Source of the DNA: Acutalibacteraceae bacterium | Lineage (GTDB): Bacteria; Bacillota; Clostridia; Oscillospirales; Acutalibacteraceae | Length of the DNA: 27,574 bases | Assembly: GCA_045654425.1 (NCBI GenBank) | Contig: JAZONJ010000152.1 | Span: forward strand, 1 to 27,574 | Direction of reading: 5' to 3' | Shown: positions 17,173-25,628 of the stretch, one piece after another | Layout of the letters: the number at the start of each line of letters is the position of its first letter | Numbering within the stretch: position 1 is the first letter of the stretch | Notes under the pieces: generated by a model | Seen by the model: the letters and a program-made list of their open reading frames with translations, nothing else | Databases searched by the model: none | Told to the model about the DNA's origin: nothing | Program-made: the position numbers and the translations under genes

Positions 17173-17198
17173 AAGATTTCTCAAATAGGAGCATATAT

Positions 17199-18371
17199 AT
17201 GGACTCTGTAAAAGTCGGTATAATCGGTGTTGGTAATATCGGTTCTGCCCATGTAAAATGTATTTCAGATGGCAAGGTTGACGGTATGATACTTTCAGCC
17301 CTTTGTGATATTAATCCGGAAAAGAAAGTCTCCCTTACAGAGGCTTATCCCGACATTCCCTTTTTCTCCGATTATAAGGAACTCTTAAAATCGGGTATTA
17401 TTGATGCTGTTATTGTATCTACACCGCACAAGTTTCATGTTGATATAGCTAAAGAAGCCCTGTCCGCAGGGCTTCATGTGCTTGTCGAAAAACCTGTTGA
17501 TATAACCGTTTCAAAAGCAAAAGAGATAAATCTTTTAGCATCCAAAACCAACAAGGTTTTCGCAATCATGTTTAATCAGCGTACAAATGCTCTCTTTTCA
17601 AAAGCCCGTGAAATCGTTAAAAGCGGCGCTCTCGGCGAGCTTAAACGCTCGGTCTGGATAATAACTAATTGGTACCGCACACAACGCTACTACGATTCGG
17701 GAGATTGGCGAGCAACCTGGTCAGGCGAGGGTGGCGGTGTGCTTCTCAATCAGGCTCCTCATCAGCTTGACCTATGGCAATGGATATGTGGTATGCCGGT
17801 AGAGATTTCCGCTATGTGTGATATAGCAAAATACCACCGCATTGAAGTTGAGGATGACGTTACCATAACTGCAAGATATGCTAACGGTGCAACAGGCGTT
17901 TTCATAACCTCAACCGGAGAATACCCAGGTACCAACCGACTTGAAATTTCGGGTGACAAAGGTAAAATCGTATTAGAAAACGGCACTCTCAAATGGTGGC
18001 GACTTAAAGACTGCGAACGCGAAATTTGTTTCAGTTCGGACTCTAATTCTCCGAAAATTGAAACCGAGTATCTCGAATTTGAAGAAAATGCTCCAGAATC
18101 TGCTCACAGAGGCATCCTTCAGAATTTTGCAAATGCCATTCTTTTAGGAGAACCTCTTCTTTCGCCCGGAACAGACGGTATATATGAACTTTCAATTTCT
18201 AATGCCGCCTACCTTTCGGCTTATAAAAAAGCTCCTGTTACCCTACCCATTGACACAAATGAATTCGATAGGTTTTTAAAGAAAAAAATCAGAGAATCCG
18301 AAGAAAAAACAACCACTCGTACCACTAACGAAAACGATGAGTATTCTTCTCGTTGGAAGGTTAAATGGTGA
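17199..18371 (+). CDS. Gfo/Idh/MocA family NAD-dependent oxidoreductase (paralog of the preceding gene)
   Basis: GIIGVGNIG, TPHKFH, VEKP and WRATWSGEGGGVLLNQAPHQLD motifs. Confidence 0.93.
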   Translation: MDSVKVGIIGVGNIGSAHVKCISDGKVDGMILSALCDINPEKKVSLTEAYPDIPFFSDYKELLKSGIIDAVIVSTPHKFHVDIAKEALSAGLHVLVEKPVDITVSKAKEINLLASKTNKVFAIMFNQRTNALFSKAREIVKSGALGELKRSVWIITNWYRTQRYYDSGDWRATWSGEGGGVLLNQAPHQLDLWQWICGMPVEISAMCDIAKYHRIEVEDDVTITARYANGATGVFITSTGEYPGTNRLEISGDKGKIVLENGTLKWWRLKDCEREICFSSDSNSPKIETEYLEFEENAPESAHRGILQNFANAILLGEPLLSPGTDGIYELSISNAAYLSAYKKAPVTLPIDTNEFDRFLKKKIRESEEKTTTRTTNENDEYSSRWKVKW

Positions 18372-18375
18372 TTTT

Positions 18376-19989
18376 ATGAAAACTGTTAAAATCTCAAAAT
18401 GCGAAAATATACTTAAAGAAATAAACAGTGCAATAAATAATGATACCGAAATTCTTATTGAGCCTAACATATACCATATCCATCAGAATGAATGTGCCGT
18501 TAAAACCTACAATATAACAAACTCCACACCACAGCGTAACGCAGATAAATTCGGTATACCTTATGACCATCATCTTATGATAAGCGTGGATGGCAAAAAG
18601 AATGTTGTTATTGACGGACAGGGCTCAAAATTCATCTGTCACGGAAAAATGACACCGTTTTCCACCTTTAATTCGGAAAACATAACCTTCAAAAATATTA
18701 CTGTTGATTATGCAGACCCTACCGTTATGGAAATGGAAGTGCTCGAAATCGGCGATGGTTATTCGGTTGTTAAGGTTCATCCTGATTCAAAATACCGCAT
18801 CGAAAACGGAAACATCACATGGTATGGCGAAAATTTTGAGTTCTATGATACAAAGCATTATTATCACATCTATCATCCTGCCGATGACTGTATGAGAAAG
18901 CACGGTTTTAGCCCCATGGCAGATGAAACGGCAAGATACGAAGACCTTGGCGACCGAAAGGTTAAAATCTCATACCAAAATGAAAATTATAATCCCTATA
19001 ACTTTATAGTGGGTGGTATTGCCCAACTTCGTGATGGTGTGCGTGATGAATGCGGTTCTTTCTTTGGTTGGAGTAAAGATATCACAGTAAATAACGTTAC
19101 CATGCACTTTATGCATGGTCTAGGCTTCGTTTCTCAGTGTAGCGAAAACATTACCCTAAATCACGTTACCTGCGCACCCGACCCTGAAAGCGGACGAATC
19201 TGTTCCTGCTTCGCCGACGGAAGCCAGTTTTCAAACTGCCGCGGTCAAATAAACATAACAAATTGTGTTTTCAGAGGTCTACACGATGACCCCGTCAACA
19301 TTCACGGTACATATCTTAAAATAGTTGAATCAAAGGGAAATGAGATTGTTGCAAAATTCATTCAGCCCGACTCTTTCAATTTTAATATCTTCCGTGACGG
19401 CGATACTATTGAATCGCGTGACCCCGAATATATGCTCAAAAAAGGTGAAGCAAAAGTCTTATCAAGCGAGCTGATTGACCCATATCATATAAAAGTTGTC
19501 CTTGACAGAGATGCGTCTGATTTCACCATAGGTAGAGTTATTGAAAATCTTTCGGCTAATCCCGATGTTTATATTGCAGGATGTCATTCAAGCCGAGTTA
19601 CAACAAAGGGATTTTTAACAGGCACCAGAGGTAAGGTTCTTATCGAAAACAATACCTTTGTCAACTTCCGAAGACCTTGTGTGTTGCTCGCTTGCGATAC
19701 ACAAAGTTGGTACGAATCAGGTCCTGTTAACGATGTTACAATCAGAAACAACTTTCACATTAACTGCACCGAACAAAACATATATATTATAAAACCTGAA
19801 AACACTAAGTTTTCAGATAATGAATTTGTAAACCACAACATTCTTATTGAAAACAACCGTGCCGAAGGCTCACAGAACAGTTGGCTTTACGCTAAGAGCA
19901 CCGACAATCTTATCTTTAGAAACAATGTTTCGGGATTTGAACCTCTACCACCCGAGCTTATTAACTGCGGAAAAGTAATATACGAATAG
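18376..19989 (+). CDS. GH110-like right-handed beta-helix glycosidase (alpha-1,3-galactosidase family), no signal peptide
   Basis: VVIDGQGSKFICHG, NITFKNITVDY, GRICSCFADGSQFSNCRG...GLHDDPVNIHGTYL and WYESG match the GH110 pattern. I placed the start at ATG 18376 (MKTVK), just after the upstream stop; the ORF track starts at 18337. Confidence 0.8.
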   Translation: MKTVKISKCENILKEINSAINNDTEILIEPNIYHIHQNECAVKTYNITNSTPQRNADKFGIPYDHHLMISVDGKKNVVIDGQGSKFICHGKMTPFSTFNSENITFKNITVDYADPTVMEMEVLEIGDGYSVVKVHPDSKYRIENGNITWYGENFEFYDTKHYYHIYHPADDCMRKHGFSPMADETARYEDLGDRKVKISYQNENYNPYNFIVGGIAQLRDGVRDECGSFFGWSKDITVNNVTMHFMHGLGFVSQCSENITLNHVTCAPDPESGRICSCFADGSQFSNCRGQINITNCVFRGLHDDPVNIHGTYLKIVESKGNEIVAKFIQPDSFNFNIFRDGDTIESRDPEYMLKKGEAKVLSSELIDPYHIKVVLDRDASDFTIGRVIENLSANPDVYIAGCHSSRVTTKGFLTGTRGKVLIENNTFVNFRRPCVLLACDTQSWYESGPVNDVTIRNNFHINCTEQNIYIIKPENTKFSDNEFVNHNILIENNRAEGSQNSWLYAKSTDNLIFRNNVSGFEPLPPELINCGKVIYE

Positions 19990-19997
19990 TTTATAAG

Positions 19998-20028
19998 AAC
20001 GCCCTTTTACTATAAGGGGCGTTTTTTT
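19998..20028 (+). terminator. Intrinsic terminator of the sugar operon
   Basis: AACGCCC...GGGCGTT stem followed by a T tract. Confidence 0.85.
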
Positions 20029-20060
20029 ATGAACTTTTTTCTTTTCTTTCACATTTTCTC

Positions 20061-20089
20061 TTGCATTAAGACGCAAAATATATTATTAT
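20061..20089 (+). promoter_or_regulatory. sigmaA-type promoter for the aminotransferase
   Basis: TTGCAT, 17 bp, TATTAT. Confidence 0.65.
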
Positions 20090-20121
20090 AAAGTGTAATA
20101 TTTTAATTTGGAGGATTATAG

Positions 20122-21402
20122 ATGTCTGACTATCGTTCCATGGGACTGGAGGCTCTATCTGCAGAGTTTGAAAAAGTAAAAACAGAATACGAAAAAATCA
20201 AGGCTTCAGGCCTTACCCTTGATATGACCAGAGGAAAACCGGGTTTTGACCAGCTTGACCTTTCCGAAGGATTACTTACTAACGTAGGTGGCGACAAGGG
20301 ATATATCGCTATGAAGGGTACCGACTGTCGTAACTATGGTGGACTTGACGGACTCGATGAGCTTAAAGAACTTTTTGGAAATATACTTGGAATCAATTGG
20401 GAAAATGTCATTTGCGGAGGCAACTCTTCTCTCAATATGATGTTCGATACAATTACTCAGGGTATGGTTTCGGGATTTGGAGAAGGACCTTGGCTCAGTC
20501 AGGGTAAAATCAAATTCATCTGTCCCGCTCCCGGATATGACCGCCATTTCGGTATATGCGAATATTACGGAATTGAAATGATTCCCGTTAAATATCTTTC
20601 CGATGGTCCTGATATGGACGCTGTTGAAGAACTTGTAAAAGACCCCACCGTTAAAGGTATGTGGTGCGTTCCGAAGTATTCCAACCCCACCGGTATCACC
20701 TATTCTGACGCAGTTGTGAAGCGTATTGCCGCTCTCAAGCCTGCCGCAAAGGATTTCAGAATAATGTGGGACAACGCCTATGTTATTCACGATCTTTATG
20801 AAAACGGTGATAAGCTTCTCGGAATTTATGAAGAGTGTAAGAAAAACGGTAACGAAGACATTGTTATCATGTTTACTTCAACTTCAAAGATTTCTTTCCC
20901 CGGTGCCGGAATTGCTGTTGAAGCCGCAAGTGATAATAACATGCGCTTCTTAAAATCAAGAATGACAATTCAGACTATCGGACCTAATAAACTCAATCAG
21001 CTTTGTCATGCAAGAATGTTCCCGAACACTGAGGCTCTTCTAGCTCATATGAAAAAACATGCGGATGTTTTAAGACCGAAATTTGAGGCTTGCCTTGAAA
21101 GCTTCGACCGTGAGCTTGCCGGCAAAGGTATTGCCGAATGGACTAAGCCTCTCGGCGGTTATTTCATTAGCATGATGGTAATGAATGGTTGCGCTAAGCG
21201 TGTCGGAGAGCTCTGCTCGGCAGCAGGACTCAGCATCACAAAGCCCGGCGCTACCTATCCCTACGGAAAAGACCCCGATGACAGCAATATCAGAATTGCT
21301 CCGTCTTATCCGAGTGCTGCAGATATGGCAAAAGCCGCTGATGTACTCTCGGTAGCAGTAAAATATGCCGCGTTGGAGAAGCTTTTAAACGACAAAAAAT
21401 AA
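20122..21402 (+). CDS. PLP-dependent aminotransferase (class I/II; actinobacterial-type aspartate aminotransferase-like)
   Basis: LDMTRGKP, RNYGGLDG, PGYDRHF, VPKYSNPTG, WDNAY, STSKISFPG (PLP lysine), GGYFIS and NIRIAPS motifs. Confidence 0.9.
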   Translation: MSDYRSMGLEALSAEFEKVKTEYEKIKASGLTLDMTRGKPGFDQLDLSEGLLTNVGGDKGYIAMKGTDCRNYGGLDGLDELKELFGNILGINWENVICGGNSSLNMMFDTITQGMVSGFGEGPWLSQGKIKFICPAPGYDRHFGICEYYGIEMIPVKYLSDGPDMDAVEELVKDPTVKGMWCVPKYSNPTGITYSDAVVKRIAALKPAAKDFRIMWDNAYVIHDLYENGDKLLGIYEECKKNGNEDIVIMFTSTSKISFPGAGIAVEAASDNNMRFLKSRMTIQTIGPNKLNQLCHARMFPNTEALLAHMKKHADVLRPKFEACLESFDRELAGKGIAEWTKPLGGYFISMMVMNGCAKRVGELCSAAGLSITKPGATYPYGKDPDDSNIRIAPSYPSAADMAKAADVLSVAVKYAALEKLLNDKK

Positions 21403-21408
21403 AACCCT

Positions 21409-21437
21409 TTGACATTATGTAATATTAATCATATAAT
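21409..21437 (+). promoter_or_regulatory. Consensus sigmaA promoter for secDF
   Basis: TTGACA, 17 bp, TATAAT. Confidence 0.85.
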
Positions 21438-21469
21438 ATATTTTACAAATACTTTTTGGAGGACCTGCT

Positions 21470-22852
21470 ATGAAAGCAAAAAAGACAGGTAAGTGGGTAT
21501 TTCCCTTTCTTCTCATTTTAATACTCCTTCTTACCTATACATCATTCTTCGGCATAGAGAACTACTATGGCGATGCACGCGAAATAACCTTTAAGGGCGC
21601 TAAAGATATCCGTTGGGGTATCGATATACGCGGCGGTGTTGAAGCTGTGTACTCTCCCGATAAGAATGTCGATGACATAACCAAGCAAGATATGGATGCT
21701 GCTAAGGCAATCATCGAAACCCGTCTCGTCAACAACAACATTACCGACTATGAGGTTTTTGCTGATATGAACAACAATCAGATTGTTGTCCGATTCCCTT
21801 GGTCAAGTGATGCTACACAGTTTGATGCAGACGCAGCTTACAAGGAAATTGAAGGCCTTGGCGAAACCGCTCTTCTCACCTTCCGTGAGGGAACCGCTGC
21901 TGACGGCACATTAATCCTTGAAGGTAAAGATGTTGCTGAGGCTTATGAAAATATTGACCCCGAAACCGGCGCTAATATCGTTTCACTTGAGTTTACCGCT
22001 GCAGGTAAATCAAAATTTGCCGAAGCTACTGCAAAGCTTGTCGGAAAACAGATTTCTATCTGGATGGACGATGCAATGATTTCTGCTCCAACCGTTAAGA
22101 CCGCCATTACTGATGGCGCTTGCTACATAGACGGTATGGCAAATGCAGAAGAAGCAAAAGAGCTTGCGGACAAGATTATGGCAGGTTCACTTCCCTTTGC
22201 ATTAACCGCTGACAACGATAAAACTCAGATTGTTTCTCCGACCCTCGGTTCTGACGCTCTCAGAGTTATGCTTATCGCAGGTTCTATCGCGTTCGGCGTT
22301 ATCTGCATTCTTATGATTGCTCTCTATAGACTCCCCGGTGTTATCGCAAGCATTTCTCTCCTTGGACAGCTTGCTTGTATGATAGCTTGTATCTCGGGCT
22401 ATTTCGCAGGTACAAACAGCTTCACACTTACAATCCCTGGTATTGCAGGTATCATCCTTTCAATCGGTGTCGGTGTTGACGCTAACGTTATTGCGGCCGA
22501 GCGTATCAAGGAAGAGTTCAAAAACGGCAAGACCATTGACGCCTCCATTAATGCAGGTTATAAAAACTCAGTCAGCGCTATTATCGACGGTAACGTAACT
22601 ATCGTTATTGTTGCTCTCGTTCTTATGGGTGCATTCGGTTCGACAGATTCTATCTTAGGTAAAATCTTTGCTCCCTTAATGTCCCTCTTCGGTGCTACAA
22701 TCACAGGTTCGATCTACTCCTTCGGTTACACACTTCTCCTCGGTGTTATCTTCAATCTCCTCCTCGGAGTACTCTGCTCTAAGTGGATGATGAAGAGCAT
22801 CTCCAGATATAAGTTCTTTAGAAAGCCTGTTTTATTCGGAGGTGCAAAATAA
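21470..22852 (+). CDS. secD: Protein translocase subunit SecD
   Basis: WGIDIRGG, VSPTLG, GIAGIILSIGVGVDANVI..ERIKEE and AIIDGNVT motifs. Confidence 0.95.
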   Translation: MKAKKTGKWVFPFLLILILLLTYTSFFGIENYYGDAREITFKGAKDIRWGIDIRGGVEAVYSPDKNVDDITKQDMDAAKAIIETRLVNNNITDYEVFADMNNNQIVVRFPWSSDATQFDADAAYKEIEGLGETALLTFREGTAADGTLILEGKDVAEAYENIDPETGANIVSLEFTAAGKSKFAEATAKLVGKQISIWMDDAMISAPTVKTAITDGACYIDGMANAEEAKELADKIMAGSLPFALTADNDKTQIVSPTLGSDALRVMLIAGSIAFGVICILMIALYRLPGVIASISLLGQLACMIACISGYFAGTNSFTLTIPGIAGIILSIGVGVDANVIAAERIKEEFKNGKTIDASINAGYKNSVSAIIDGNVTIVIVALVLMGAFGSTDSILGKIFAPLMSLFGATITGSIYSFGYTLLLGVIFNLLLGVLCSKWMMKSISRYKFFRKPVLFGGAK

Positions 22853-23781
22853 TGTTTAAGAATATTGATTTTAATAAAGCATTTAAATTTGTTCTTATAG
22901 GTTATGCTGTTTTCTTCGTAATCGGCATTATCTTCACTGTAATCTGGGGTGGAGTAAACCTTTCTATCGACTTTAAGGGTGGTACAAGAGTTTCCTACTC
23001 CTATGAAGGCGATGTTGATTTTAACGATGTGCAGAGCAAGGTTCAAGCCGCTATTGGCAAGGATGTTATAATCAGCGAAAACGTTGGTCTTTCGGGCGAT
23101 TCCAAAACACTTATCGTAACCCTCGTCGGTGACGAATCTCTCTCGACAGACTCTCAGCAGAAAATCGAAGAGACTCTTACAAAGACTTATCCTGACAACA
23201 AGTTCGCATTTGAAGAATCAAAGTCGGTAAGTCCCTCTCTTGCAGGCGCTTTCTTCCTTAAGTGTCTTGTAGCAGTTCTTATTGCAGGCGCACTCGTTAC
23301 GGTATATGTTGGTATCCGTTTCAGAAAGATTGGTGGCGTTTCGGCAGCAGTTACCGCTTTTGCGGCTCTCTTCCTTGACGTATTTACAGCATTTTTCGCC
23401 TGTGCAATCTTCAATCTTCCCATTGATATGAACTTTGTCGCAGTTCTTCTTACAATTCTTGGTTACTCGCTTAACGATACCATCGTTATTTACGACCGTA
23501 TTCGTGAGGATAAAACCCTCTACCACAAGCTTTCAACAGCCGATCTCGTTAACGGCGCTGTTAATAAGGTAAAATCTCGTACCTTTATTACAACTGTTAC
23601 CACCTTCCTCGCTGTTGTCATGATCATCGTGGTTGCTGAGTTCTTTGGACTCTCTTCACTCAGAAGCTTCGCAATCCCGATGGCAATCGGTCTTATCTCG
23701 GGTTGTATCTCTTCCCTCTTTATTTCGGCTCCTCTCTGGGTCCTCTGGAAGAACTACTCAGATAAAAAAGCAAAGAACTAA
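22852..23781 (+). CDS. secF: Protein translocase subunit SecF
   Basis: SIDFKGGT, GYSLNDTIVIYDRIRE and SRTFITT motifs; TAATG overlap with secD. Confidence 0.95.
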   Translation: MFKNIDFNKAFKFVLIGYAVFFVIGIIFTVIWGGVNLSIDFKGGTRVSYSYEGDVDFNDVQSKVQAAIGKDVIISENVGLSGDSKTLIVTLVGDESLSTDSQQKIEETLTKTYPDNKFAFEESKSVSPSLAGAFFLKCLVAVLIAGALVTVYVGIRFRKIGGVSAAVTAFAALFLDVFTAFFACAIFNLPIDMNFVAVLLTILGYSLNDTIVIYDRIREDKTLYHKLSTADLVNGAVNKVKSRTFITTVTTFLAVVMIIVVAEFFGLSSLRSFAIPMAIGLISGCISSLFISAPLWVLWKNYSDKKAKN

Positions 23782-23789
23782 TAAAACAC

Positions 23790-23823
23790 AAAACAGCCGC
23801 TCGAAGCGGCTGTTTTATTTTTT
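23790..23823 (+). terminator. Intrinsic terminator after secF
   Basis: AAAACAGCCGCT-CGA-AGCGGCTGTTTT plus a T tract. Confidence 0.85.
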
Positions 23824-23837
23824 GTATATTCTTATAT

Positions 23838-23872
23838 AAAAAATCATCCTGACGGTAATCAGGATGATTTTT
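23838..23872 (-). terminator. Intrinsic terminator after the PqqD-like gene
   Basis: AAAAATCATCCTGA-6-TCAGGATGATTTTT, 14-bp stem. Confidence 0.85.
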
Positions 23873-23874
23873 AG

Positions 23875-24141
23875 TTATTCTTCAACTAGTCCTGCTTCGC
23901 GAAGCTTCGAAACAAAATTTGCGATTGTGTTTTCCGCCTGCTCACGAGTAGCGTCATATTCATCAAGAAACTTCTTGACAATTTCTTCAATGGTTGTATC
24001 AACCTTCAGACACTCGAGTATAAACGCAGCGCTCTCGTTCATTGTGAGCATTCCGTCAAATCCGACCTTAGCTCCGTCAACTGCAATAGCGACCGACTTA
24101 TCAGCAACATTTTTTACTATAAAATCAACTTTTAACTTCAT
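23875..24141 (-). CDS. Stand-alone PqqD family protein (RRE-like winged helix)
   Basis: 88 aa from ATG 24141 (RBS AGGGAG); GMLTMNESAAFILECL...EIVKKFLDEYDATREQAENTIANFVSKLREAGLV is the PqqD pattern. Confidence 0.8.
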   Translation of the reverse strand: MKLKVDFIVKNVADKSVAIAVDGAKVGFDGMLTMNESAAFILECLKVDTTIEEIVKKFLDEYDATREQAENTIANFVSKLREAGLVEE

Positions 24142-24166
24142 AGATTTCTCCCTATTTAAAATCATT

Positions 24167-24241
24167 TGGCACCCCCTGCGAGAATCGAACTCACAACTGC
24201 CCCTTAGGAGGGGGCTGTTATATCCATTTAACTAAGGAGGC
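24167..24241 (-). tRNA. tRNA-Arg (anticodon CCU)
   Basis: GCCTCCT acceptor arm, D arm GTTAAATGGATATAAC, anticodon arm GCCCC-CT CCT AA-GGGGC, T arm GTGAG TTCGATT CTCGC, encoded CCA; 75 nt. Confidence 0.97.
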
Positions 24242-24263
24242 GTATACGCAAAGTTGCTTTGTA

Positions 24264-24292
24264 ATTATACCCTAACGAAATAATTTTGTCAA
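24264..24292 (-). promoter_or_regulatory. Consensus sigmaA promoter for the tRNA
   Basis: Minus strand TTGACA (24292-24287), 17 bp, TATAAT (24269-24264). Confidence 0.85.
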
Positions 24293-24435
24293 TTATCAAT
24301 CAGCAAAAGATACCATTATATATTCACATTATATAAAATAAAGTGCCGTAAATGGCATAAAAAGCATTTGAGGACTCCAATTACAAACGCTTTGTAATAT
24401 TAATTAGCTTTTTTGCGCAAAATTTCAAATAATAA

Positions 24436-24464
24436 TTGACATTAACGTGCGTTTATAATATAAT
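24436..24464 (+). promoter_or_regulatory. Consensus sigmaA promoter for the third oxidoreductase
   Basis: TTGACA, 17 bp, TATAAT. Confidence 0.85.
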
Positions 24465-24521
24465 CTACGTGTAGCAACAAGCAAATTAGTTGCGATTATG
24501 TAAATAACGGAGGAATTATCA

Positions 24522-25562
24522 ATGGAAAAGAAATTACGCATTGGTGTTATTGGCGCAGGTTCGTTCTGCAGATGGCATCTTGACGGTATCAACAACTCGA
24601 AGCACGCCCAGGCCGTTGTCGTTTGTGACATCGATATTGAGAAGGCAAAACTCAGAGCATCAGAGTACGGTGTACCTGAGTATTGCAGCGATTACAAAGA
24701 GCTTCTTGCTCGCGATGATATCGACGCCGTAACCCTTCCCCTTCCCGATCAGGAGCACTGCGTTGTTGCTTGCGACGCTCTCAGAGCCGGCAAGCACGTT
24801 CTTTGCGAAAAGCCCATGGCTCTTAATCTCGATGAGTGCAAGGAAATGGTAAGAGTAGCAAGAGAAACCGGCAAACAACTTATGGTTGGTCAGATTGGTC
24901 GTTATACTCCTTCTTTCTTAAAGGCTAAGGAGCTTCTTGAATCCGGAGCTATCGGTGACCTCTTCTTTATTGAATCTGAATACGCACACGACTATTCCAG
25001 AATCCCCGGTTCTACATACGGCGATAATACAATACCCTGGAGAAAGACTCCCGAACGTGAGCCTATCCTTGGTGGCGGCTGCCACGCACTCGACCTTATC
25101 AGAATGATTGCAGGCGATCCCGAAGAGGTATTCTCATTTGCTAACAATATGAGTCTTACAGATTGGCCTATTCACGATACCTCTATTTCTGTTATGAAAT
25201 TCCCGAACGGCGTTATCGGTAAGGTGTTCAACTCCCACGGTTGTAAGAGAGAATATACAATGCGTTCTTTACTTTACGGCACCAAGGGCACGATTATCTT
25301 TGATAACACCTCTTCTACAATAACTCTTTACAAGGAAAATATGATTGAGGGAATGGATACAAGAACTCTTCCTGTTACAATTCCTGTAACCGTTAACAAC
25401 CACAATTTTGCCGCAGAGGTTGAAGATTTTGCATCTGCAATACTCGAGGGCAGAACCGTAATTACCGATGGAGTTTCAGGTGCAAAGACCGTTTCTCTCG
25501 GTGTTGCGATCATTGAATCCTTCACAACAGGCAAGCCTGTAACTGTTGACTACGATATTTAA
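24522..25562 (+). CDS. Gfo/Idh/MocA family oxidoreductase (monocistronic)
   Basis: GVIGAG, LPDQEH, LCEKPM, MVGQ and GGGCHALD motifs; GGAGG RBS. Confidence 0.93.
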   Translation: MEKKLRIGVIGAGSFCRWHLDGINNSKHAQAVVVCDIDIEKAKLRASEYGVPEYCSDYKELLARDDIDAVTLPLPDQEHCVVACDALRAGKHVLCEKPMALNLDECKEMVRVARETGKQLMVGQIGRYTPSFLKAKELLESGAIGDLFFIESEYAHDYSRIPGSTYGDNTIPWRKTPEREPILGGGCHALDLIRMIAGDPEEVFSFANNMSLTDWPIHDTSISVMKFPNGVIGKVFNSHGCKREYTMRSLLYGTKGTIIFDNTSSTITLYKENMIEGMDTRTLPVTIPVTVNNHNFAAEVEDFASAILEGRTVITDGVSGAKTVSLGVAIIESFTTGKPVTVDYDI

Positions 25563-25580
25563 AAATTTATCTCTCCTTAT

Positions 25581-25628
25581 AAAAAGAAAGCGCGGTTTGT
25601 GTTCTGCACCGCGCTTTCTTCCTTTTTA
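25581..25628. terminator. Bidirectional intrinsic terminator
   Basis: AAGAAAGCGCGGT-11-ACCGCGCTTTCTT between convergent genes. Confidence 0.8.

Noticed and set aside
21470-23781. Split secD/secF without yajC or tgt
   Set aside because: Separate secD and secF genes are ordinary in Clostridia; the TAATG junction is normal translational coupling, not a frameshifted fusion.
23838-24170. Possible att-site duplication or integrated islet at the tRNA-Arg 3' end (ATGATTTT recurs on both sides of the PqqD gene)
   Set aside because: Only an 8-bp AT-rich match, no duplicated tRNA 3' end and no integrase.
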